A program made the translations under genes and the position numbers. From Gammaproteobacteria bacterium (GTDB lineage: Bacteria > Pseudomonadota > Gammaproteobacteria > Eutrophobiales > Eutrophobiaceae), in assembly GCA_963422205.2 (NCBI GenBank), contig CAXMWX010000005.1, positions 384,001-448,000 of the forward strand: a stretch of 64,000 bases of DNA, given 5' to 3'. The notes under the pieces were generated by a model that saw only the letters and a list, made by a program, of their open reading frames with translations, did not search any database and was not told the origin of the DNA. Within the stretch, counting starts at the first letter, position 1; every line of letters begins with the position of its first letter. Of the stretch, positions 10,011-19,129 are shown piece after piece.

Positions 10011-11198
10011 CTACATTCCAGGGCTGGGATACTTGCGAGCCGTTTCGGTTGAGGATATCTCCATATTATGTGCAAGCGTATTAATATCCTTTATCAATTG
10101 ATAGCTAGGGTGTCGTCCACCTTGGTTTTGAATGAAAATACCACGAGATAACAGGTCTGTTATGTCGCTGATAGCCTCGGTCTCCGCACATTTCGCTATC
10201 TTGGCATATTTACCCTTATTCATAAATCCCTGGAAATTCTCTTCCAACATACGATTCAGGATATGGCGCTGACGTTCATTGACAGGATTGTGCTTTAGAC
10301 TATCCCAAAGACGAGCTTTGAAAAACACGTTTTCCAACGTGTGTTCAGATCGTAGTATTGCCCGTTCCAGGCATGACAGAAACCAGGATAACCAAGGGGT
10401 AATGTCGATATGACTGTTTTTTCCAACACGTTCCAGTTGATGGTAATACGCCTTGCGCTCTGATTTAAACTGCTTGGACAGGCTGTAGAAACGTTGTGAG
10501 GCGCCATCAGCCCGACACAATGCCATGTCACATATCGCCCGCCCTAGACGTCCGTTACCATCCTCAAAAGGATGTATGATCTCAAACCAAACATGAGCTA
10601 TGGCTGCCTTGAGGAGGGGGTCTATATCGTTCGGCTGGTTAAACCAGTCTAAAAAAACTGTCATTTCCACATCCAATCGTTCCGCATCTGGGGCATCAAA
10701 ATGTACTTTCTCATGTCCAATGGCGCCGGAGACCACCTGCACCCCTGCTGTTCGCCAGCCACCTGTCATAATGGGATACATACCACTCATGCCGGTCGGA
10801 AACACTGCCCTATGCCATTTGAACAGGCGTGCCTTTGTTAATGGCATTAAATACTGTTGAGTGGCATCCAGTACCATATCTGCAAAACCTTCAATATCTT
10901 GATGATCACTGGATGCGATCTCCCGCACCTCCGGGATATTGATGCCTAAGCGCCTGGCAATGGATGTACGCACCGTTTTAGGCGCTAGGGTAATACCTTC
11001 AATAGCTGAGGATTGGACTACGTCAGTGGTGAGCATGTTGAGACTGACTTCTTGTGTTAACTCAAAGCCCAGTCCTTCCATCCTGCCAAGCAGTTGCCCC
11101 TGGCGATGGCGTATATCAGCCAGTTTAGGCGTAAGCACTTCGGCATCCCAGGTAAAGCTAGGCCAGTTTGGATGTTGGTGTATCCGCATAGTAAACAC
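10011..11198 (-). CDS. Fic family protein with DUF4172-like N-terminus
   Basis: IHQHPNWPSFTWD, SSAIEG, HPFEDGNGRLGR; tail ending KYPSPGM. Confidence 0.92.
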   Translation of the reverse strand: MFTMRIHQHPNWPSFTWDAEVLTPKLADIRHRQGQLLGRMEGLGFELTQEVSLNMLTTDVVQSSAIEGITLAPKTVRTSIARRLGINIPEVREIASSDHQDIEGFADMVLDATQQYLMPLTKARLFKWHRAVFPTGMSGMYPIMTGGWRTAGVQVVSGAIGHEKVHFDAPDAERLDVEMTVFLDWFNQPNDIDPLLKAAIAHVWFEIIHPFEDGNGRLGRAICDMALCRADGASQRFYSLSKQFKSERKAYYHQLERVGKNSHIDITPWLSWFLSCLERAILRSEHTLENVFFKARLWDSLKHNPVNERQRHILNRMLEENFQGFMNKGKYAKIAKCAETEAISDITDLLSRGIFIQNQGGRHPSYQLIKDINTLAHNMEISSTETARKYPSPGM

Positions 11199-11280
11199 CG
11201 CATTCTTTAAGGTGATTATACGCTTTATTCACTAACATGGTGGGGTTATAAACTGGCAGATCATCATTTTTTTCATGAAG

Positions 11281-12474
11281 CTACCGAAATCTGAAGCCAC
11301 TGAAGCCATAAGATCCTACCCTCGTATATCTACACCTGTGCCCTGGGTGGCCATTGATGATCCCCCCTGTTGCGACGGCGCTTTGACCTACTGGACAGGA
11401 TTGAGGTTGTGGGGTTGATTTTTCGCCAGCGCTATAACAGGCGACCACGGCTATGTCGAAACTGTCACGGTATACCCGCCAGCGGTAACGACCCTCGCTG
11501 TCTTCTGTTCCCGGCACAATATTTACCCATATACCAGCATCATGTTTGTTGCCATCCTTGCTTGCTGAACACAGATGATGGTGACCGGGGAGCATCGTCC
11601 CCGAAGGAAATGTGTATATGTTTCCTGCTTGATAGTGACTCACATACCCGCCGCTACTCCCGCTTGCTCCCTTCTTCCAGATACTGCCCTGGCAGGTAAG
11701 CAGCTTGCCCTGGTTGTCAAGCGCTATACTGCCGCTACTGCAAGCGGTGCCTTCTGTCTTGGTAGCCACACGCAAGTTATCGGTACTGGTCGTATGTAAT
11801 TTACTGGTAGATGCCGGGTCAACGTAATAGGCGGTGTTATCGCGATCATAGACGATATTTGCGCTTACCTGATTCATCGTGCTTGTGCCACCTGGGTCAA
11901 CCGAGAATCCCGGATGATTGGCATCGGTAAATGTATTTGCACTGAGGGTTGTCGCATTGACGGTACTGGCATTGTCAATGTTATTGCCACCCACATTTAA
12001 GTCGGCCAGCATGGAGTTCGCTCCATCCACACGCAGAAAAGCAGCCGGGTTATTGCCCGAGGTGGCGACTGTGGCGATGATAGTCACGATAAGTGGCTGG
12101 GCAGGCTTATGACCGAGCTCGGTATAGTGATAGCCAATCTTGCCTGCCAACTGTCGGGCGAGTACACCAATATCCCCCGTCCAGGTCTCCAGGGTCAGTT
12201 CCTGCCGCAAGTCTTCTGGCACTTCGCCGCCGGGATATTCTTTCAAGTTCGCTATGCTGCCTGGGTCACGGGACTGCTCAATTCTGCCCAGTGCTGCCCA
12301 AAGAGTTTGAATCTCAAGTGCGGTATCGGCTAAGGCACGGGTGATGCTGGGATCGGGCATATTGTCGCTGTCTTGGGGTATAGCGGGCGTCTTTTTCAGG
12401 CAGGCGGTCAGGATAAGGCCAGGCAGCGCACAAAAGATCAGCCTCAGAGAATACCGGGATGGGCTCATGGTCAC
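11281..12474 (-). CDS. Chimeric ORF: DotD/TraH-like lipoprotein N-terminus fused to PilV-type adhesin C-terminus
   Basis: Lipobox LTAC and WTGDIGVLARQLAGKIGYHYTELG (DotD-like), followed by FLRVDG...MLADLNVGGNNIDNA and GTACSSGSIALDNQGKLLTCQGSIWKK (PilV-like). Confidence 0.7.
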   Translation of the reverse strand: MTMSPSRYSLRLIFCALPGLILTACLKKTPAIPQDSDNMPDPSITRALADTALEIQTLWAALGRIEQSRDPGSIANLKEYPGGEVPEDLRQELTLETWTGDIGVLARQLAGKIGYHYTELGHKPAQPLIVTIIATVATSGNNPAAFLRVDGANSMLADLNVGGNNIDNASTVNATTLSANTFTDANHPGFSVDPGGTSTMNQVSANIVYDRDNTAYYVDPASTSKLHTTSTDNLRVATKTEGTACSSGSIALDNQGKLLTCQGSIWKKGASGSSGGYVSHYQAGNIYTFPSGTMLPGHHHLCSASKDGNKHDAGIWVNIVPGTEDSEGRYRWRVYRDSFDIAVVACYSAGEKSTPQPQSCPVGQSAVATGGIINGHPGHRCRYTRVGSYGFSGFRFR

Positions 12475-12511
12475 GTTTTTGGCATTTAAGTTGTATTCGG
12501 CAGTTGTGATA

Positions 12512-12548
12512 GTTAAAGCACTTAAAACATCTAAAACAGTTAAAACAT
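12512..12548. repeat. AT-rich tandem ~9-10-bp repeats (TAAAACA core)
   Basis: gttaaagca cttaaaacat ctaaaacag ttaaaacat. Confidence 0.6.
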
Positions 12549-12634
12549 ATATTGTGTAAAAACTTTATCACAGTAATAATATGATAGAAATATATCACAG
12601 TGCTGACATCGTGCAAATAAATTTACAATGACTG

Positions 12635-12790
12635 ACATTCCGTTTAGGGTTAAAAACATTCCACTAACCGGGTATTTGATGTTCCATTAAGAGGGTAAAA
12701 CATTCCACTAAGGGGGTATTTTGTATTCCACTAAGGGGGTATTTCATGTTCCGTTTAACGCCAACTAATATTCCACTAAGGGGGGAATAG
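12635..12790. repeat. Seven iteron-like direct repeats, consensus ATTCCACTAAGGGGGT, 21-23-bp period
   Basis: TTCC cores at 12638, 12659, 12682, 12703, 12726, 12749 and 12771. Confidence 0.85.
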
Positions 12791-12819
12791 AAAAATCGTA
12801 TGCGAAAATCGTCAATAAT

Positions 12820-13746
12820 TTGCTGCCCCGGTTTTTTAATTTGCATACTGAGCAGGAATGGACGGCAGATTATCTGGTCTGGTGGCTGATTGATGAGGTG
12901 CGACCTACCATCACGGCGGCAAGCTGGAATGTGTACAAGGCAGCAATAGTTCGCTATCTGGCGGCGATAAGTGCTGATGAGGCGGCCTACAGTCTAAATG
13001 AAGCGGATGCCAGAGAGTGTTTGCCGAGACCGAAAAAATCCGAGCGCCGGACATCTGGACAGAAATCCAAACGGGTGGATGAGATGGCATTACGACGGGT
13101 CAGGCAGTATTTGACTGTAGCGGGCGGCAAATGGGATGGTCTCATTCAGCGCTGGCTGGAGGTCGGGATCCTGACCGGTCTTAGGCCGGAAGAATGGCGC
13201 GATGCCAGGCTGCTTTTGCAAGCGGGCGAATGGCGGCTGAAGGTCAAAAATGCCAAATACCGTGAGCCGCTTACCGAAGAGATGAGCCGGCGTGCACATG
13301 GGGAATTTCGGTATCTCTGCCTGCATGGGCTGTCAAGGCGGCAGCGGGAGGGCATTGCCGCACATATCCATGCCATCGCTGCGTATGTGACCCATGATGA
13401 GGTCTGGGAGGGGTTCTATGAGAAGATCAGAAAACGTCTTGCCTTTGTAATGCGTCAGGCGGTGAGTGAGAAACACAAGCGCTTCACGCTTTACAGCTTA
13501 CGGCATCAGTTTGCATCCAATGCGAAATCTGCCAGCTTGTCATTATGCGAGATTGCCTGCCTGATGGGTCATGCGGTGACAAAGACAGCATCGGTCACCT
13601 ACGGCAGAAAGCGTTACGGAGAGTATGCAACGCACCAGGGATTTCCACTCAAGGCACTGGCCGATGAGATGGCGAGGGTGGAAGTCTCAGCGGGAGATGC
13701 GAGATCATCAAGGCAGCAGGCAATAGAGGTAGAGTACGGCGAATAA
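12820..13746 (+). CDS. Stand-alone tyrosine recombinase-fold protein
   Basis: LTGLRPEE, VKNAK, YSLRHQFASNAK, LMGH...YG; start codon uncertain. Confidence 0.85.
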   Translation: MLPRFFNLHTEQEWTADYLVWWLIDEVRPTITAASWNVYKAAIVRYLAAISADEAAYSLNEADARECLPRPKKSERRTSGQKSKRVDEMALRRVRQYLTVAGGKWDGLIQRWLEVGILTGLRPEEWRDARLLLQAGEWRLKVKNAKYREPLTEEMSRRAHGEFRYLCLHGLSRRQREGIAAHIHAIAAYVTHDEVWEGFYEKIRKRLAFVMRQAVSEKHKRFTLYSLRHQFASNAKSASLSLCEIACLMGHAVTKTASVTYGRKRYGEYATHQGFPLKALADEMARVEVSAGDARSSRQQAIEVEYGE

Positions 13747-13839
13747 GAGGAGTGATCAAGGGAATTAGATACCAGAAAATACCAGTTATATACCTGATAA
13801 TGTCATGATTTTTTACAACATTCTAATACAGTAAAACAA

Positions 13840-13855
13840 TATTCCACGTGGAACA
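13840..13855. promoter_or_regulatory. parS-like palindrome
   Basis: TATTCCACGTGGAACA, one mismatch from TGTTCCACGTGGAACA. Confidence 0.55.
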
Positions 13856-13961
13856 TGAGGGTATGAAATACTGCCGGAAATATCAAAAAATAGCCGTGGC
13901 CGCAGTTTTTATATATTATTGACAGTGCTAAGGTCATTCTGTTTAAGCTGAGGAAACCCTT

Positions 13962-14137
13962 ATGGAACTAAAGCAGCGCATAGTTACGGGTCAGCAGGTG
14001 AATGAAAAGAAAAAAGGACGCCTGGGGATGGAAAGGAGACAGATGATTGTCGTCCTGACTTTAAAATCCAGATGCAGATGGCAAGAGAAATTATGAATAA
14101 ACATCACAAAGGACTCCATGAATTAGCTATGAAATGA
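13962..14137 (+). pseudogene. Remnant of Doc-associated antitoxin
   Basis: C-terminal PDFKIQMQMAREIMNKHHKGLHELAMK* coupled to doc start; N-terminus out of frame. Confidence 0.6.
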
Positions 14138-14599
14138 GTGCACCTACATGGGTTAGTTCACAAGTTGTCCTGGCGATTCATAATGAACAGCTGGCAAAGC
14201 TATGGGGGATTGTCTGGGGTACGCGCTCTTGCAGCTGCCTATGCTTATGGGATTCTCCGCAATCATCCGTTCGTTGATGGTAACAAGCGCACTGCTTTTG
14301 TGGTCATGAAATTATTTCTGCAACTAAATGGTTATGAATTGAATGTCAACGATAATGAATTTGTTGAGATTATGCCGAAAGTAGCTGCTGGCACCATGCA
14401 AGAGACGGTGTTAATTGATTGGCTTAAAGCCAAAACGACATTACGGAAGAATGAACAAGTAGAGAAGGAATCACAACCAAGAGCCGAGCTCAGGCCCGGA
14501 AATAGTAGGCAAAACCGGAGAATCGGCCTGTTTTGTGGGTGGGTGATGCAGATTTTTGCCCAAAATGACCGCCATATTTGCGATTCCAGGCGTTTTTAG
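14134..14599 (+). pseudogene. doc: Doc (death-on-curing) toxin with frameshift and internal deletion
   Basis: MSAPTWVSSQVVLAIHNEQLA / YGGLSGVR joined directly to ALAAAYAYGILRNHPFVDGNKRTAF. Confidence 0.85.
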
Positions 14600-14641
14600 C
14601 CCCCGACCTATACTTAGTAGTTAGAGAGAGGGGGTTACCTC

Positions 14642-14926
14642 CTAAATCCTTTGAAGCGGAGATACGTCAATCTCGGCTTCATGCGCCATTGCCTGGGCAA
14701 GATCGTAAGCCGCCTGCATCCTGACCCAAATATCCGCCGTACCGCCAAAGGCCTTGGCCAGCCGGATAGCCATGTCCGGTGAAATACCTGACTGGCCATT
14801 AACCACGCGTGACAGTGTGTGACGTGCCACGCCCAAGTGGGTCGCTCCATCTGTGATATTCATCTCGGCAGAATCAAGCGCGGTCTTGATCTGCCGCCCT
14901 GGGTGGGGTGGGTTGCTCATTGCCAT
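14642..14926 (-). CDS. higA: HigA antitoxin
   Basis: MSNPPHPG...LGVARHTLSRVVNG...ISPDMAIRL...WVRMQAAYDL. Confidence 0.92.
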   Translation of the reverse strand: MAMSNPPHPGRQIKTALDSAEMNITDGATHLGVARHTLSRVVNGQSGISPDMAIRLAKAFGGTADIWVRMQAAYDLAQAMAHEAEIDVSPLQRI

Positions 14927-14950
14927 AGTTTTTCTCCGAAAGTATTTTCA

Positions 14951-15229
14951 TTAGTGGTAGTCACCATAATCAACATCGTAAGCATCGCCTTTATCCATGC
15001 GGAACCAGATCCGGAAGTTGCCTGACCCCCGGACTGCTGAAAAGCCTTTCAGTGGTCCGCTTAACCGGTGCAGGTGCCAGCCAGGCAAGCGCATATCGGC
15101 CAGTTTCGTTGCGTTATCCAAACGGAAGAGAATATCTTTAACACGCTCAAGGTGGTCTGTTTTGATTCCGTCTGGGTCGCTCTTCTCATAGAGCTTCTTT
15201 AATGCGCGGCTTTTAAGTGTTTTTATCAT
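14951..15229 (-). CDS. higB: HigB (RelE-family) toxin
   Basis: LHRLSGPLKG...SGNFRIWF...DVDYGDYH, upstream of higA. Confidence 0.9.
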   Translation of the reverse strand: MIKTLKSRALKKLYEKSDPDGIKTDHLERVKDILFRLDNATKLADMRLPGWHLHRLSGPLKGFSAVRGSGNFRIWFRMDKGDAYDVDYGDYH

Positions 15230-15352
15230 CCTTTAATGTATCATGTATCGGTACACATGTCAAACTTAAACGCGGGCTTGTCCGCTTTTCCCTCCATAGG
15301 CGGTGTGTTCATATTGGGACTGCTGGGTAAAGGGTAAATCCAGGTGTAAGTC

Positions 15353-15970
15353 TCACATCCCCGGCCCGGTTTCCGGCTCAAGGGTTGGCTTGGGAGATGG
15401 GTTATCCGGCCACAGCGCACTGAGCGGGAAAGTAATCGCATCAAATGGTGGGACTGAGACGGCGGCATCACCCGCCAGCGAGGCAATCAGCGACCACCGG
15501 CTATCGGTGAGCTGGAAGGCTTCCAGGGTACGGGCATCAGGATCGACAAACCACAGATAGTCTACCCCCTCACGGGCATAGATGTCGCGCTTGTCGGTCA
15601 AATCAAGCTGGCGGGTTGAGGGCGATAACACCTCACACACCCAGTCCGGGGCAAGTTCAAAGAAGGCGGCATTTGGGAGGCTGGGCATAGTCTCGCGTCG
15701 CCAACCGGCCAAGTCCGGCACCAGAATGTCCTCGCCCAGGTGCAGCTCCGGCTCATCAATAATCCACCAGCCTCCCGGGCCGCCTCGACCGCGGTCAAAG
15801 GGATTAACCAACTCACCCCCGATGATTGAACTCGCTCGCGCATGAGGTATAGCGGGGCGGGGCTGCATCCTAAGCACGCCATAGATGACTTCTGCCACCT
15901 TGTGAGGCGGCGCATCCAGCACATCCTGGTAGGTGGCCTTAGCCTGGGTTTTGCGTGCGGAGGTAATCAT
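15353..15970 (-). CDS. Uma2 family (PD-(D/E)XK) endonuclease
   Basis: ATYQDVLDAPPH, LVPDLAGW, APDWVCEVLSPST; tail ending PETGPGM. Confidence 0.92.
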   Translation of the reverse strand: MITSARKTQAKATYQDVLDAPPHKVAEVIYGVLRMQPRPAIPHARASSIIGGELVNPFDRGRGGPGGWWIIDEPELHLGEDILVPDLAGWRRETMPSLPNAAFFELAPDWVCEVLSPSTRQLDLTDKRDIYAREGVDYLWFVDPDARTLEAFQLTDSRWSLIASLAGDAAVSVPPFDAITFPLSALWPDNPSPKPTLEPETGPGM

Positions 15971-16149
15971 CTAAATCAGTTTAGCATAGCATATCGGCAT
16001 TTGTAGCGTTCCTCATAAAGCCAGTAAAACGGGTTTGAAACTGGCTTTTATTACAAGTAACATTTTGTTTGCTTTATCTTTTACTTGGATTGCTGGAAAT
16101 GGCACAGATAACATGAAGTTGATTGAAAACGTCATATCCGAGCGCATGA

Positions 16150-16506
16150 TTGATGAATAGATTGACTACGGGTTTGGATGAGGCTGGCTTTACTGCATCA
16201 CTTGATGATGATTTTCCGCAACACCTGACACGGGATGATGAGCAAAAGCTGCTGGATTTATGTGCTTCACGTTCCTTGGAGATAAGGTCTTGGGCGAAGA
16301 TGGGCTCACCTTGCTTTATGGCGGGGGTGGCCGTGATGCTCGCTAGTGTTGCTGGGTTCGACCGCTGTAGTTTGTTGGCCTTGGCAGAGCGGCTCTATCC
16401 CGGGGCCAGCCAACCGGCAACATTTGCTCGCTGGTTAAAACATAGCCCGCTTCAACCTTCGCGCTTCCTGGCGATGTTGGATAGAGAACTTGCCCATGCG
16501 CCCTGA
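16150..16506 (+). CDS. Hypothetical partner of downstream nucleotidyltransferase
   Basis: Overlaps NTase start; FMAGVAVMLA...LLALAERLYPG. Confidence 0.55.
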   Translation: MMNRLTTGLDEAGFTASLDDDFPQHLTRDDEQKLLDLCASRSLEIRSWAKMGSPCFMAGVAVMLASVAGFDRCSLLALAERLYPGASQPATFARWLKHSPLQPSRFLAMLDRELAHAP

Positions 16507-16785
16507 AGCCAAAGCACAAATGGAATATGTCGTTGCTTTCAGGGAAATCGCTGGGCGTATTGCCAAATCATTCAGCGGGGTAGCGGAGCAGGTATTGCCC
16601 ATCAAAATGTATGTCGCTGGCGGGGCTGCGCTGCATTTTTATACCGGTGAACGTATATCCAGGGATATTGATGCCAGCTTCTCGCACCGGATAATCCTGC
16701 CGGATGATCTGGAAGTCAGCTATCGTGCTGCCGATGGTGCCGCCCGTTTGTTGTATTTCGACCGCTAGTATAAGGATAATACATT
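16496..16785 (+). pseudogene. Truncated nucleotidyltransferase (DUF6036-like)
   Basis: MYVAGGAALHFYTGERISRDIDA; TAG at 16766 then truncation. Confidence 0.75.
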
Positions 16786-16787
16786 GA

Positions 16788-17681
16788 TTATCCCCACTGC
16801 ATTGCTGTTCGAAGTGGGGTTTTAATCGACAGGAGCAACCGATGATGATCTGTGCGCCGTAAAGGAATGGATAATGCTGTGCTATGAAGAGAGTCCGCAA
16901 GGTGTTTTAGAATACGTGATAGCGGTGATAAATTTCTTGTTGTTTTTAATATTTGAACCATGCCTTTATGCACATCAAGGGCATTTAATTTAATGAATTT
17001 CTCTCTTAATGCGGCATACATCTCAGTGTTTGGGACATCAGGAACAGGGATATTCATCAATTTTAGAATTCTTATCGCTTCATTCATACGGAGAGAATCG
17101 TATATGACTGCCGGAGAGATTCTGTCTGGTCGCTCCGATGCTGCCCTCAATGTGGAAATTTGATGCCTTGCTGACAGTTTGAGTATGCCAACATCTTCGG
17201 ACACAATAGAGCGTACGCTGCCCTCATGATTTTCCCCTGCAATAACGCAAACATTAGCAAAAAATTGCTTGTAAGTTTCAATTTGTTGTTCAAGACGGGA
17301 AAGTGAGTCCCGTTCAGATTTGATCTCATAAGCTGTCGCTGTTCCATTGATGATTGCCAAATCTACTTTACACTCACCCACACGAAACTCATTGAGCATT
17401 GTAGCTGTTTGCAGCGAATGCCTTCCAAGAAGTACGCGCTGCGTCAGTGCAGCTTTATAAACATACTCATGGCGGCATTCGGTTCTCTTCAAAACATCAA
17501 AGGCGGCACCAAAGAAATGAAACACATTCTGCTTCAGGTCATCAGGCTTAAAGACACCCAGTGCTTCCTTGGCCAGTCGTGCAAATAGTGGTGATTTACC
17601 ACGACCGGTCAATTCTCTCATCACGCTTGAAGAGAATAGGCGGGATATAGCTGATATTTGATTTGGTGAGAGCATATTCAA
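16788..17681 (-). CDS. sce7726 family protein (PD-(D/E)XK-like)
   Basis: RHEYVYK, EFRVGECKVDLAIING...YEIKSERDSLSRL. Confidence 0.85.
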   Translation of the reverse strand: MNMLSPNQISAISRLFSSSVMRELTGRGKSPLFARLAKEALGVFKPDDLKQNVFHFFGAAFDVLKRTECRHEYVYKAALTQRVLLGRHSLQTATMLNEFRVGECKVDLAIINGTATAYEIKSERDSLSRLEQQIETYKQFFANVCVIAGENHEGSVRSIVSEDVGILKLSARHQISTLRAASERPDRISPAVIYDSLRMNEAIRILKLMNIPVPDVPNTEMYAALREKFIKLNALDVHKGMVQILKTTRNLSPLSRILKHLADSLHSTALSIPLRRTDHHRLLLSIKTPLRTAMQWG

Positions 17682-17829
17682 CTACATCCTGTTTTCTTCA
17701 CGGCATCTTAATGGAATTTTTTTGCCAGATAAACTAAAATCGGTTGAATTGAAATCCTGATCTGCTAAAAATAAACTGCTGACTGGCAAAGCTGCAATGG
17801 ATTAGTCGATCTCGGTGTGCTACAGGCCA

Positions 17830-18351
17830 TTATAACTTATTCTTAGCCACACGTTTCTCAACCCCATGCCGGGTTCTGACCTCGATCTCCTGTTCCATGA
17901 AGGCCATGAGCTTATCCAAAATCACCTTTCGCTCGGCCTTGTTTTTGCCCTGCTTGAGCGCCTGCTGCACCACGTAAGCCCAGCGATACACCGTGGGATA
18001 CGGGGTCTTGAACTGGGCAAACCATTCAGTCACTTGCGGGTAGGAGCGCCCTAACAGCCGCACCAGATCATACTTGCCGAAGGTCTTGTCCACGTGCCTG
18101 TGAATATACGCCAGCAACTCGGTGGGGTGCGGGAAGCGGGGCAGAAAATACGCCTCTGGATGTTCGTACAGGTACCGTGTCAGGGCGCTGGTCGCCAAGT
18201 CCTTGATGGCATTTTTATCATTGGCAGGGGCAATCATGTTCGGGATATTCAAGCCCAGCAGGAAGACAAGATCGCGCTGCCGCAGATCTTCTATATCGGC
18301 CAGGGCACGGGCATGACCGTAAGTGACCGGCTTATCAGATTCAGGTTTCAT
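17830..18351 (-). CDS. Hypothetical ICE/plasmid backbone protein
   Basis: Intact ~173-aa ORF from MKPESDK, preceded by purine-rich RBS. Confidence 0.6.
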   Translation of the reverse strand: MKPESDKPVTYGHARALADIEDLRQRDLVFLLGLNIPNMIAPANDKNAIKDLATSALTRYLYEHPEAYFLPRFPHPTELLAYIHRHVDKTFGKYDLVRLLGRSYPQVTEWFAQFKTPYPTVYRWAYVVQQALKQGKNKAERKVILDKLMAFMEQEIEVRTRHGVEKRVAKNKL

Positions 18352-18442
18352 TATCTCTCTCGTTGTGTATTTAGTATCTGGTATGATTATATACACTATG
18401 TGATATAATGCTACTGCATAGACATCACGTACAAGCCAAACC

Positions 18443-19015
18443 ATGTCCATCTCCACCCTAAGCGGCTATTATAGCTACCGCCATCGTGTCCCGGCCAGGG
18501 TCAAGTTGAAATCCATCATCACCTCGCCCGCCCCGCCACGGAGCGGGATTACCCTGGGCTGTCTTGAAACCCAGCGTGCCCTGATCAGCCGGGTCTATCG
18601 GCGTGAGCAGGCAAAAGGCCGGCAGCTTGTTCGTATTGAGGTCAAACTGGAATTGGGCGAGATGCAGAACCTGGCACGTCCTGACCTGTCGGATTTGCCC
18701 CACCTGACCCTGCTGCATTTGGCCTTTATCAAAAAACGCCTGCGGGAGTCTATTGCGGATTACCTGATCGCCTATCAGCGAGGAGGCCGAGGCAAGCAGG
18801 TCTATGCCGACCCCAGAGAGGCGGTCAAATACCAGCCGGGCTTGTTGGATAAACTGCTACGGGAGCCCGCCTTCTCTCATGTCCGCATGGTGATCTGGCA
18901 GCCTGAATCTGTGGAGGGCGATATGCCCGGGCCTATCCAGGTGGCCACGCTGTTCAATACCCGCCATATCGTCAGCGCCACGGCCGTGAATAGGAAAACG
19001 AAGGTGGTGTATTGA
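18443..19015 (+). CDS. Hypothetical protein
   Basis: 190-aa ORF; 3' end duplicated at 22836-23055. Confidence 0.6.
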   Translation: MSISTLSGYYSYRHRVPARVKLKSIITSPAPPRSGITLGCLETQRALISRVYRREQAKGRQLVRIEVKLELGEMQNLARPDLSDLPHLTLLHLAFIKKRLRESIADYLIAYQRGGRGKQVYADPREAVKYQPGLLDKLLREPAFSHVRMVIWQPESVEGDMPGPIQVATLFNTRHIVSATAVNRKTKVVY

Positions 19016-19129
19016 GCTGGTTTCTGAACTGGGCCCGCTTCCGAGCACCAAAGCTACCACAGCCCCGACAAAACGAAGCTGAGGTCAGTCGGTTAGGTAG
19101 CGTCCAAGCATGGTCTATATGCCAGCAGG
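18911..19129 (+). repeat. ~220-bp imperfect direct repeat, copy 1
   Basis: gtggagggcgatatgcccggg...ctatatgccagcagg; matches 22836-23055. Confidence 0.95.

Noticed and set aside
11660-11700. Active shufflon (PilV CQGSIW motif plus Rci-like recombinase)
   Set aside because: No second sfx-like site or alternative tip cassette was seen; the Rci-like gene is 21 kb away, tRNA-associated and broken
12635-12790. CRISPR array
   Set aside because: Period of 21-23 bp leaves no spacers, and there are no cas genes
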